Shown here piece after piece: positions 48,402-57,177 of a DNA stretch of 64,000 nt. This DNA is from Rickettsiales bacterium (lineage in GTDB: Bacteria; Pseudomonadota; Alphaproteobacteria; Rickettsiales; UBA998): the NCBI GenBank assembly GCA_028279475.1, contig JANQNR010000005.1:6459-70458 (forward strand), written 5' to 3'. The position numbers were made by a program, and so were the translations under genes. Positions within the stretch are counted from its first letter, which is position 1; the number at the start of each line of letters is the position of its first letter. Below the pieces are notes generated by a model. The model did not search any database and had not been told where the DNA came from. It was given only the letters and a program-made list of their open reading frames with translations.

Positions 48402-50049
48402 ATTGCGGGAAATTGAGAATTTGTGTCACCACGCTATCAAGCATAGTTTCGGCGTTGCCGTTATATTTGAGCATCGCTTTCCCGATAGCGATAATCTGTT
48501 CATGCGGTGGAAGCGGCAAAGCACGCAACTCTGTTGCGCTTACCTGTGTATTTCCATTGATGATGCGGTAATAGCGGTTCATGATTTCGCTATTCAGCAA
48601 TGCGGCCATGCCGATAGCCTCTTCAGGCTTCAACTCACTACCCGGCTTGTGGATATAGTTTAGGTGGTTTTCAAATGCTATCAGTGGGGTATCAAACTCT
48701 TTTGCAAGATACGGCACGGCATTCAGGCGGCGCTTTTCTTCTTTTGTGCTGAAACGACGCAGCAACACATAATTCTTGTTTTCAATAAGCAGTTTGCGCT
48801 GCAAGGCTTCATTTTTAATATATTGCGCCTTTTTAATATCCTTTGGCCATGTGGTGTGCATCGCGTTGATATGATTCATCCATAGTAACGGCGTATGCGT
48901 GGTAGGAACATCACCTTCCATATCCAACAAGTCAGTAGCGCGGAAGGGTACAACTTGCCCGGTTGAAATTTTAAGCCCGTATGTTTCGAGCGTACCGGGC
49001 CATTTATCTATTGTTTCAAGCAAATGGCTTTCTTCTTCACAAACAGGAAGCCGTAACGTCATTCCTTTGGGTTTATCGAGTATGTCAGCCAGATACATAG
49101 TACAGGTTTGCGGGACATCAATGTCACGCGCACCATGACTGGAAGAAACCACCACCTGCGTACTACCGTTATAATGTTCCGACTGGCGCGTTCCCTTTAT
49201 GATGATGTTTTCCTGCAAAATATCATCACGGTTGAACGCATCTATCCGCGATTCAAACACATGCACGGTATTTGGTTTTATTAGCGAAAAGAGCTTTCCT
49301 CGTAACGCTTTGAAATATTGCCCTGAAGCGAAACTGCGGGGCGTAATATAGATAAATTCCCCGCCTTCTTTCAGGATAGACGCACCTACTGCCATGAAAA
49401 GCCCATAAATGTTTGGCTGACCATGCACCACGCTTGAAACAGCTACAGCACGAGGGTCATTCTTATTGATCTTGAAATAAGGCGGGTTCGAGATAACAAT
49501 ATCATAGCCAGAATCAATCATACCCTTAGTGAGCAGGTCTTCCCCCTCTAAGGAGGCAGATTGTGCCAAGATGAAATCCTTGTACTCAATACGTGCGTCT
49601 AGGGTTATGCCATACCCAGCACACCAGTCACCCAGATGCTTCATGGTTGCCGCAAGACATGGCATAAGATTCTGGTCTATCTCGTAGGCTGTTAGTTCGA
49701 TTTTGCGAAGAGAAGCGCTTTTTTCGCGTACGATACGCTCGACAAGAGAGCATAAAAGAATCCCCGCGCCAGCGGCGGGGTCTAGCAGCTTAGAAGCCGC
49801 TTTTCCTGTATTCTGCATGGATGCCATGAAATCAGCTACAGCTATCGGGGTCAGGTATAGACCGTTTTTCTTGCGGTGGTCGGCTGTAACGGTTGAAACA
49901 TACCAACTCCCTACGCGGTCAGCGTATCCAGTAGGGCGTTCATTAGCTTGTGGTGTAGGGAGTTCGTCATTACGTTCGGAGGCAGGGGAAAAGGCGCAGT
50001 ATTCAGTGCCGCGTGATTCTTCTAAAATTTGCAGTGGCGCCAACGTCAT
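48364..50049 (-). CDS. N6-adenine DNA methyltransferase (Eco57I/PstI-BsuBI-type, gamma class)
   Basis: Motif I LLDPAAGAGILL, motif IV VISNPPYFKI, and N-terminal ...GLYLTPIAVADFM. Confidence 0.85.
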   Translation of the reverse strand: MTLAPLQILEESRGTEYCAFSPASERNDELPTPQANERPTGYADRVGSWYVSTVTADHRKKNGLYLTPIAVADFMASMQNTGKAASKLLDPAAGAGILLCSLVERIVREKSASLRKIELTAYEIDQNLMPCLAATMKHLGDWCAGYGITLDARIEYKDFILAQSASLEGEDLLTKGMIDSGYDIVISNPPYFKINKNDPRAVAVSSVVHGQPNIYGLFMAVGASILKEGGEFIYITPRSFASGQYFKALRGKLFSLIKPNTVHVFESRIDAFNRDDILQENIIIKGTRQSEHYNGSTQVVVSSSHGARDIDVPQTCTMYLADILDKPKGMTLRLPVCEEESHLLETIDKWPGTLETYGLKISTGQVVPFRATDLLDMEGDVPTTHTPLLWMNHINAMHTTWPKDIKKAQYIKNEALQRKLLIENKNYVLLRRFSTKEEKRRLNAVPYLAKEFDTPLIAFENHLNYIHKPGSELKPEEAIGMAALLNSEIMNRYYRIINGNTQVSATELRALPLPPHEQIIAIGKAMLKYNGNAETMLDSVVTQILNFPQYEHQENREAEYA

Positions 50050-50156
50050 TATACTTAATCTTCCTCTGACCTTTACATACAGACAATACTAGGAGGAACA
50101 ATATCTTGCAATGAATTTGCCAAAAAGCTTAAGTAAACAACGACGCCTTTTTTGTG

Positions 50157-51203
50157 TTACCTCACCTGCTTCACATAGTAAGTACCACGCCCCGTGCCTT
50201 TGGCTTCAATCAAGCCTAAATCCAGCAGCTTTTCAAAGTCCAGTTTTCGGGACGCAAGGCTGCGCGGAGAAATTTCACCGTATTCCCGTTGGGTAATGCT
50301 GCCATGTGCGTCGATATACTCCAGAATCTGCCGGTGATGCGGTTCCAGGCGTGGCTGTGGTTGGAGCGTAGCAGGAAGCGCTTTGCGTATCCGCCGTAAT
50401 TCATCCAGAATGCCGTCCGCGAAATACTCCAGCCACGCCGTGAAATCCACCTCGTCCTTGAGTTCATAATAGTCCCCTTCAAGGCCTACGGCTTTGAAGT
50501 AACGGGTGATGTTCTGGTTATAATAATTTTCAAAACTGAAAATCTCAAACAGGTCAAGCCCGGCCTTGCCGAGAATGGCCGTGGTGAGTAACCGGGTCGT
50601 GCGCCCGTTACCATCCATAAAGGGGTGGATAATGACACACTGGCGATGAAATAATCCCGCCAGGATAATCGGGTCTATTGTCCCGATATGTCCGTTAATA
50701 AACGTCATCAGGCTGTTGGTCAGTTTCTTCACATCCTTGGCATCCGGCGGCATGAACACCACTTCATCCGGCTTACGGGGATTGCGGATAATCACCGGCG
50801 CTTTACGGATGTGTCCGCAATCTGCCGGATTATCCATCAGGCCATCTACCACCTGCTGCTGCACGCGCTCCAACGTGGCAAGATCAAGCACAAATGTTTC
50901 GGTGCGAACCGCAGCATAGAGCAATTCCAGTGCCTGATTATAGTTCAGCACTTCACGTTCGGTATCCCGCACATGAGCCTTCTCATTTTTGAGCAGGCGT
51001 TTGACATCCGTAAGCGGAAGTGGATTACCTTCGATACTGGTTGAAGCAAAGCTGGATAGCTCCCTGGCTTCCAGTTCCAGTTTTGCCAAAGCTTGTCCGC
51101 TAAGGTTGAAACTTTTGATTTCGCCGATAGCCTCACCGATCTCACGAATGGTAGTGAGGAGCTGATCGGTAATAGTATATTGCGGCTGCCAAGTCATAGC
51201 CAT
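50157..51203 (-). CDS. Fic-family protein (AMPylase-type) with an N-terminal inhibitory-helix motif and a C-terminal winged-helix-like region
   Basis: Fic motif HPFMDGNGRTTR. STSIEG matches the (S/T)xxxE(G/N) auto-inhibition motif. Confidence 0.88.
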   Translation of the reverse strand: MAMTWQPQYTITDQLLTTIREIGEAIGEIKSFNLSGQALAKLELEARELSSFASTSIEGNPLPLTDVKRLLKNEKAHVRDTEREVLNYNQALELLYAAVRTETFVLDLATLERVQQQVVDGLMDNPADCGHIRKAPVIIRNPRKPDEVVFMPPDAKDVKKLTNSLMTFINGHIGTIDPIILAGLFHRQCVIIHPFMDGNGRTTRLLTTAILGKAGLDLFEIFSFENYYNQNITRYFKAVGLEGDYYELKDEVDFTAWLEYFADGILDELRRIRKALPATLQPQPRLEPHHRQILEYIDAHGSITQREYGEISPRSLASRKLDFEKLLDLGLIEAKGTGRGTYYVKQVR

Positions 51204-51294
51204 AATTTAGCCTTAAATTAGCCGATAGACAAGCAAGAGTTAATTGCTGAGATGCATAGCCGTAATATAGCCACAATTTAGCCGGTAAACATGC
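51195..51294. repeat. Two 40-bp direct repeats built from TAGCC units spaced about 11 bp apart, at the fic start and promoter
   Basis: 51195-51234 CATAGCCATAATTTAGCCTTAAATTAGCCGATAGACAAGC versus 51255-51294 CATAGCCGTAATATAGCCACAATTTAGCCGGTAAACATGC. 32/40 identical by hand count. Confidence 0.7.
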
Positions 51295-51468
51295 AGCTTC
51301 CCGAAAAAAGAAAATATTTTCGTGAATATTTTTCAGGCAGAAAATAGGGTCTATTTCGCCCCAAAATGAGCCTGAATTCTTACACATTCTCTTACACATA
51401 CACATTTTTATTTTAAATTATTGAAATAATATCATATATTTATGTTATAGCTATATACGGCTCATAAC

Positions 51469-51519
<51 letters not shown>

Positions 51520-53319
51520 GTTAATTCGCGCTCAGAAGCGTTTTCCGAATTTTGACTAGATACTTGTTGGGAAGCCACTCCCGCAACCAACAAGTCCGAC
51601 ACCATAGAATCCCCAGTTTCTAAGGCTTTGTCGGTCGCAGTTTCCAATTCTACCTTGATATTTTGCATTTGCTGAATAACTGCATGTTTCTCCGTATCTT
51701 GCTTAGATAACCAACTTTTTGCATATGTTTGCTCCTGTAATTTGAGTTAATGACAGCACAAAGAGTTCTCGTCCAGCACGCTGTCAGATGCTGGATGAGC
51801 AGGTTTCTCAGGAAGTGCATCCTGATGATTTACGAGAATAAAGGATTAGGGCTGGAGGCTTGGGCGGCTTCAAGAACACGCCTCATTGGCCTTTTAATGT
51901 ATTTTATAGCTTACGCTAATCGGCATAATGTATAGCAAAGAATACATTATATGCTTTCCGATTGAATCCGTTCCATCAGCTTCGGCAGAGAAATAACGGT
52001 TACGTCATTGCCGACAGGAAACTCATCATCTCCACCGTAAACCACATATTTCTTGGATGCACCGACATCCTCACATGTCTGATGGAAGTGTTTGCCAAGT
52101 TTGGGGGCAACGCCATGTTTAATTTCAATTGCCCAGACATCCGAATTTGGCATTTTGACAACCAAATCAATTTCTGCGCCCGCAGCGGTACGATAAAAAT
52201 GGCTTGTCGCAAGGCGTGGCAGTACGGAATGGATATTCTCTACCACAAATCCTTCCCAGCTTTTGCCAAGCACTGGATTGGATAGCAGTGCATTATAATC
52301 ACTAATACCAAGCAACCTGTGCAGAATACCGCTGTCACGTACATAATATCGTGGTGACTTCACCAGCCGTTTTTTGACATTCACATGCCACGGCTCAATA
52401 CGCCTGACCAATAACAGATCGGTCAGAATATCAATATAATGACTGACAGTTTTTCCATCGACTTCCAGATTGGCTCCCAATTTGGAATAATTCACCGTTT
52501 CACCCTGTAGATGCGCCAGCATTGTCCATAGGCGTCTCAATCGGGCGGCTGGAATTTGAAATCCCATTTGCGGAACGTCGCGTTCCAGATAGGTGCGTAT
52601 GAGGTCTTCAAGCCAGTCCATAGCCATGCCATCGTCATCGGCAAGGTAACTATCAGGGAAGCCACCTCGTAGCCAAAGGCTCTGAACCGTATTTTTGGCA
52701 TTGCCGGTTTCCAGAACATTCAGCCCTGTCATTTCAATGTAGCTAATACGTCCCGCCAGACTTTCAGATGATTGCCGGAGTAAATCCATAGAGGCTGATC
52801 CAAGCAACAGAAATTGTGCGCTATCACGTCCTTGCTGACGGCTTGCATCAATCAACCCACGCAACACCATAAATAAATCCGGTGCACGCTGGATTTCATC
52901 CAGGATCACCAGTTTATCATTATGACCTTGCAGGAAACTTTTGGGATCACTTAGCTTGAGTAAATCTTCCGGATCTTCCAGATCAAGGTAGATGGAATTC
53001 ACATCTTTTGCTATGGTTTTGGCAAGCGTTGTCTTGCCAACCTGACGCGCTCCCAGCAATGCAACGGCGGGTACGCGAGCGACATTTTTGTTAAGCCTAT
53101 CTGTTATCAGCCTGTTTAACATATCTTGCATTATAGAAGCCACATTCCGAAAATGCAAGGTATAATATAATTGTCAGCTATTCTGGACATCACACACAAT
53201 CCCTGCATAGTTCAGCCGTATAGGATTGAATTTACTGTATTTCTCAGGTGTTGCTTCTGCCCTGTGCGTGAACAGCGAAACTAATCGGTGGCGTGCCCCC
53301 GCAACCAACAAGTCCGCAG
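51520..53319. mobile_element. Second small inserted segment (islet B, about 1.8 kb) bounded by 26-bp direct repeats
   Basis: TGCCCCCGCAACCAACAAGTCCGCAG occurs at 51502-51527 and 53294-53319. Degenerate copies lie at 51590-51608 and 53345-53355. Inverted CTTGTTGG motifs lie at 51572-51580 and 53329-53336. Confidence 0.6.
51947..53158 (-). CDS. AAA-family ATPase with a DUF4143-type C-terminal domain
   Basis: Walker A GARQVGKTTLA, Walker B LVILDEIQR. The C-terminal half resembles the AAA_14/DUF4143 architecture. Confidence 0.75.
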   Translation of the reverse strand: MHFRNVASIMQDMLNRLITDRLNKNVARVPAVALLGARQVGKTTLAKTIAKDVNSIYLDLEDPEDLLKLSDPKSFLQGHNDKLVILDEIQRAPDLFMVLRGLIDASRQQGRDSAQFLLLGSASMDLLRQSSESLAGRISYIEMTGLNVLETGNAKNTVQSLWLRGGFPDSYLADDDGMAMDWLEDLIRTYLERDVPQMGFQIPAARLRRLWTMLAHLQGETVNYSKLGANLEVDGKTVSHYIDILTDLLLVRRIEPWHVNVKKRLVKSPRYYVRDSGILHRLLGISDYNALLSNPVLGKSWEGFVVENIHSVLPRLATSHFYRTAAGAEIDLVVKMPNSDVWAIEIKHGVAPKLGKHFHQTCEDVGASKKYVVYGGDDEFPVGNDVTVISLPKLMERIQSESI

Positions 53320-53711
53320 TATTAGATTCTTGTTGGAAACTTGTCCCCGCAACCAGCTAAAATATAACGATAATATACGCATACTATGACCTTAAAGATA
53401 GAGCAAAGAAATGCTCTAGGTCGCAAATAGGTCGTACAGAAAAAATACTTTTCCTTTGCAGGGAGACGTTGTGCTCTCCCGTGCACCTTCTGGCTATATG
53501 GGGGGTGATTATCCAGCAACAGCTCAAAGAGCGACCAAAACTCCAACAGGGTATCAACGCCTACAGCATTGAGGCACGCCAGCAGCTTCTTCACCTACGG
53601 AAGAATAGTTCACACTTCTTGGAAACTGGTGAAATACCTCGAGAATTGGAACCAGACACCTACATTCACCATACGAAGGAGCGGCAGCATGGAATGCAGT
53701 TATAGCACTCC

Positions 53712-53740
53712 TTGCACAACGTTATAACTAATGTTATAAT
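53712..53740 (+). promoter_or_regulatory. Sigma-70-type promoter with overlapping GTTATAA repeats (candidate antitoxin operator)
   Basis: TTGCAC-N17-TATAAT. The spacer and -10 contain GTTATAAC (a palindrome) and a second GTTATAA. Confidence 0.55.
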
Positions 53741-53762
53741 TCCTCTTGTAAGGAGAAAAACG

Positions 53763-53987
53763 ATGACGGAATTACGAGTGACAACGGTTGGCAACAGTAC
53801 AGGTATTGTACTGTCAAAAGATTTACTGGCGAAATTACGCGTTGATAAAGGTGATACGCTCTATGCTGTTGAAACGCCTAATGGCATAGAGCTGACTGCT
53901 TATAATCCCGACTTCGCTGCACAAATAGAGTTGGCGGAAGAGATTATGCGTGAAGATCGTGATGTGTTGAAGAAACTGGCAGAATAA
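53763..53987 (+). CDS. AbrB/MazE (SpoVT-AbrB) family antitoxin
   Basis: MTELRVTTVGNSTGIVLSKDLLAKLRVDKGDTLY..., with AAGGAG 8 nt upstream. The ORF-track start at 53712 lies inside the promoter. Confidence 0.8.
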   Translation: MTELRVTTVGNSTGIVLSKDLLAKLRVDKGDTLYAVETPNGIELTAYNPDFAAQIELAEEIMREDRDVLKKLAE

Positions 53988-53990
53988 TCT

Positions 53991-54380
53991 ATGCAGGAAC
54001 CCATATGGATTAACGATGATGTAGTCATTCCAATACATCGACGTCAACTTTCAGAGCATGGTGGTGGCGACGGTATGCGTGATCTAGGATTACTGGATTC
54101 TGCACTGAATCGACCTAAACAACTATGGTATTACGGCGATCCTCAACCTGATATGGCAGCACTGGCAGCTGCTTATGCCTATGGTATTGCCCGTAATCAT
54201 CCGTTTGTAGATGGAAATAAACGTACCGCTTTTGTGGTGTGCCGTTTATTTCTGAAGCTTAATAACGTTGAATTCACAGCTTCTCAGGCAGAAAAGTATG
54301 GTACCTTCATTAGGCTTGCTGCAGGTGAGTTGACAGAAGACGCATTAGCAACATGGATACGTGGACATGTCACAGAATGA
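53991..54380 (+). CDS. doc: Doc (death-on-curing) family toxin, Fic fold
   Basis: Doc-type motif HPFVDGNKRTAF. 129 aa, starting 3 nt after the antitoxin stop. Confidence 0.88.
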   Translation: MQEPIWINDDVVIPIHRRQLSEHGGGDGMRDLGLLDSALNRPKQLWYYGDPQPDMAALAAAYAYGIARNHPFVDGNKRTAFVVCRLFLKLNNVEFTASQAEKYGTFIRLAAGELTEDALATWIRGHVTE

Positions 54381-54381
54381 T

Positions 54382-54609
54382 ATGCACTGGGCTGAAACGG
54401 ATGAAACAGCTAAGCAGCGGATTGAACAGGCGCGTGCTTTGAAGGCAACTGCTGCAAAAGACGGCCTCAAGTTTGAAGCATATTTGACGCCGAATATCGC
54501 TACATGGGTACTTGAAATGGTTGAACGTGGTGATTTTATTGATCCAAGTGAAGCCGTCTTCGTTTTTATGAAACAGGCGATGGATATATTCGGAGATTTC
54601 CAGCGGTGA
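54382..54609 (+). CDS. Hypothetical small protein, possibly an RHH/ParD-like antitoxin relic
   Basis: LKFEAYLTPNIATWVLEMVERGDFIDPSEAVFVFMKQA loosely resembles the ParD-type pattern (L-P-xx-W-V-xx-V-xx-G-x-F-xx-SE). Start is uncertain (54361, 54367 or 54382), and no partner toxin follows. Confidence 0.35.
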   Translation: MHWAETDETAKQRIEQARALKATAAKDGLKFEAYLTPNIATWVLEMVERGDFIDPSEAVFVFMKQAMDIFGDFQR

Positions 54610-54693
54610 CTTTGCGCCTGGCATTAATGGCGATTACACCTTCACCAATGCGGACTTTATCTATTGAGGAAAACAAGGGCGTAATAGGAAAGT

Positions 54694-54753
54694 CATGGCC
54701 GCCCGATCTATGTCGAACTCAAACGCCACGACATTGAGAAGTTGTTCGGGCGG
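54694..54753 (+). pseudogene. mutL: Orphan 20-codon fragment of a mutL 3' end
   Basis: Reads HGRPIYVELKRHDIEKLFGR versus the resident MutL C-terminus HGRPTYVELKRHDIEKLFGR(R*), encoded at 58293-58352 on the opposite strand. A TAG lies two codons upstream. Confidence 0.75.
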
Positions 54754-54754
54754 C

Positions 54755-55054
54755 CTATGGGCAATTCCCATAAAACGCGCAAGCCGGTTCCTCTGCTTCA
54801 TCCCCACAATTTCCATACATGGCACAGGCTGGTTCTTCCTCTTCATCGCAGTTGCCATACATGGCGCAGGCTGGCTCTTCATCTCCTGGACAGTTCCCAT
54901 AGAAATCGCAAAGCGGTTCCCCTTCGTCTGCACAATTGTCATAAAACGTACACAGGTTGAATGGGTCTGCCGCATCCTCAAATGGAAATTGATTGCGGAT
55001 GCTGTCACATGCACCAAGCAGCAATAACAAACACACAGCCCCATACCGCATCAT
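54755..55054 (-). CDS. Small acidic Cys-rich repeat lipoprotein (99 aa)
   Basis: Lipobox LLLGAC, then five repeats of C-x-(F/M)-Y-(G/D)-N-C separated by acidic linkers. Its ATG overlaps the TGA of the upstream carboxylase gene (ATGA). Confidence 0.65.
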   Translation of the reverse strand: MMRYGAVCLLLLLGACDSIRNQFPFEDAADPFNLCTFYDNCADEGEPLCDFYGNCPGDEEPACAMYGNCDEEEEPACAMYGNCGDEAEEPACAFYGNCP

Positions 55055-57069
55055 GTGTTGTCTTCCCCCTCAGGCGGTGCGTCAAACTCGATCAATAACT
55101 CATCGGCACGTACGCTTTGCCCGGCACTGACATGCAGCTTCTTGACCACCGCGTCATGCTCCGCCCGAAAAATATTCTCCATCTTCATCGCCTCGATGGT
55201 TAGTAGCTCCTGCCCAGCGAACAGGCGATCCCCTTCCTTCACGGAAAGGCTGGCCACCAGCCCGGTAATCGGGGAACAGAGCTGGTTACGGCTATCTTCA
55301 TCATCATGCACCGGCATATGCACCGCCAGTTCCGCCACTCGCGGCGTACGCACCTTCACCCGCGCTTCCGCACCGCCATAATGCAACTCAAACCCTTCGG
55401 TGATGGGATGCATCTGGACGCTCACCGGCTTGTCATTCACCGTACCCTGAAACAAAGGGCGTCCGATTTCCCAGTTAGAACGTACTGTAGCAACGCCCGT
55501 GCCAAAACTAATGTCATAGCCATTACCAACTTCCATCGCGATCACCGGGTAATCATTGCCATCAATATGTACCACCCAGCGCGATCCGATCACCCGGCTG
55601 TAACCCGGCAATTGACCGGATATCTGCGCCGCACGGTGGGCATCCTTTAAAAAGGCGAAGACTCCGACCCCGATCAATACCCGCAGCATTTCTTCCGTCA
55701 GGGAACTGTTTGCAAATCCTTCCGGATATTCCTGTGCGATAAAATTGGTTGATAGATCGCCGCGCGCAAACCGTTCATGATTTAGGATGGATTGCAAAAA
55801 ACTGATATTATGCGCTACCCCTTCCACCACATAAGCGGAAAGTGCTGCCTTCATGCTCTCTATCGCCGCGTCACGGGTGGCCGCATGGGTGCAGACCTTG
55901 GCGATCATCGGGTCATAGAACATACTCACTTCACCACCGCTATAGACGCCGGTGTCAATGATGATTTTCTCATTGCCTTCCGGTTCCGGCTCGTGATAGC
56001 GGCTGATGCGGCCAATCGAAGGCAGAAACCCGCGTTTCGGATCTTCCGCATAGACCCGACTTTCAAAGGCCCAGCCATCAAAACGAATCTCTTTTTGCGA
56101 CAGCTCCAGCACTTCTCCCGCAGCAATGCGGATCATCCACTCGACCAGATCAATCCCGGTAATCAGTTCCGTCACCCGGTGTTCCACCTGCAAGCGGGTA
56201 TTCATCTCCAGGAAGTAAAAATTCTTCTTTTCATCAACGATGAACTCGACCGTTCCGGCAGAGAAATAATCCACCTTTTTGGCCAGCGACACCGCCTGAC
56301 GTCCCATCTTGTTTCGTAAGCTCTCATCGACAAACGGGCTGGGTGCTTCTTCAATCACTTTCTGGTGTCGGCGCTGAATCGAGCATTCTCGTTCTCCCAA
56401 ATGCACGACATTGCCCTGCTTGTCCGCCAGCACCTGAATTTCAATATGGCGGGGATTGTCAAAGAATTTCTCAATGAACACCCGTGCATCACCAAAGCTG
56501 GACCGTGCTTCCGACGAGGCCAGCCGCATTCCGTCTTTCAGCTCATCAGCACTGCGGACAATGCGCATTCCCTTGCCACCGCCACCGGCAGCAGCTTTGA
56601 TCATGACAGGATAGCCGATACGCGACGCCTGCTTGCGGGCTTCGGTCAGCGTGGACACCGCATCGACCCCGCCCGGTACCACGTTGACGCCGGCCTTCTT
56701 CGCCAGCTTCTTGGATTCAATCTTATCGCCCATCGCCCGTATGGCCTGTGCCGATGGACCAATCAGCGCAACACTACGCTTGCTCAACCGTTCTGCAAAT
56801 TCGGCATTTTCCGACAGGAACCCATAGCCCGGATGTACCGCCTGTGCGCCGGTCTGATCCACTGCCGCCAGGATCGCGTCAATATTTAGGTAACTGGCCG
56901 AGGACGGTGACGGACCGATATAAATCGCCTCATCCGCCTCTTTCACATGGCGGGCGTTGGTGTCAGCTTCCGAGTATACGGCGACCGTTTTAATCCCCAT
57001 CTTGCGGCAGGTCTGCATGACCCGCAACGCAATTTCTCCCCGGTTGGCAATCAGAATCTTCTTAAACAT
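55051..57069 (-). CDS. Biotin-dependent acyl-CoA carboxylase alpha subunit (biotin carboxylase + BCCP; PccA/MccA-like)
   Basis: MFKKILIANRGEIALRV..., ATP-grasp motifs, and a C-terminal biotinylation motif EAMKMEN. The start was chosen at MFKK (57069); the ORF opens at 57105. Confidence 0.9.
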   Translation of the reverse strand: MFKKILIANRGEIALRVMQTCRKMGIKTVAVYSEADTNARHVKEADEAIYIGPSPSSASYLNIDAILAAVDQTGAQAVHPGYGFLSENAEFAERLSKRSVALIGPSAQAIRAMGDKIESKKLAKKAGVNVVPGGVDAVSTLTEARKQASRIGYPVMIKAAAGGGGKGMRIVRSADELKDGMRLASSEARSSFGDARVFIEKFFDNPRHIEIQVLADKQGNVVHLGERECSIQRRHQKVIEEAPSPFVDESLRNKMGRQAVSLAKKVDYFSAGTVEFIVDEKKNFYFLEMNTRLQVEHRVTELITGIDLVEWMIRIAAGEVLELSQKEIRFDGWAFESRVYAEDPKRGFLPSIGRISRYHEPEPEGNEKIIIDTGVYSGGEVSMFYDPMIAKVCTHAATRDAAIESMKAALSAYVVEGVAHNISFLQSILNHERFARGDLSTNFIAQEYPEGFANSSLTEEMLRVLIGVGVFAFLKDAHRAAQISGQLPGYSRVIGSRWVVHIDGNDYPVIAMEVGNGYDISFGTGVATVRSNWEIGRPLFQGTVNDKPVSVQMHPITEGFELHYGGAEARVKVRTPRVAELAVHMPVHDDEDSRNQLCSPITGLVASLSVKEGDRLFAGQELLTIEAMKMENIFRAEHDAVVKKLHVSAGQSVRADELLIEFDAPPEGEDNT

Positions 57070-57177
57070 TCGTGCCGTTATACTCAAAGCAGGCGGTGCT
57101 GGCAAATGGTTTGGGTAGATTGACCTGCCATCACATGAGTTGTTGACATAGGTTAATATTATCTTTAGGTTGCCGCC

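Noticed and set aside
53322-53705. ORF-track entries of 90 aa (minus) and 78 aa (plus) between the last att-like repeat and the TA module
   Set aside because: They overlap each other on opposite strands. Both have odd composition and no RBS or motif. They could be debris of a lost gene, but I cannot support a call.
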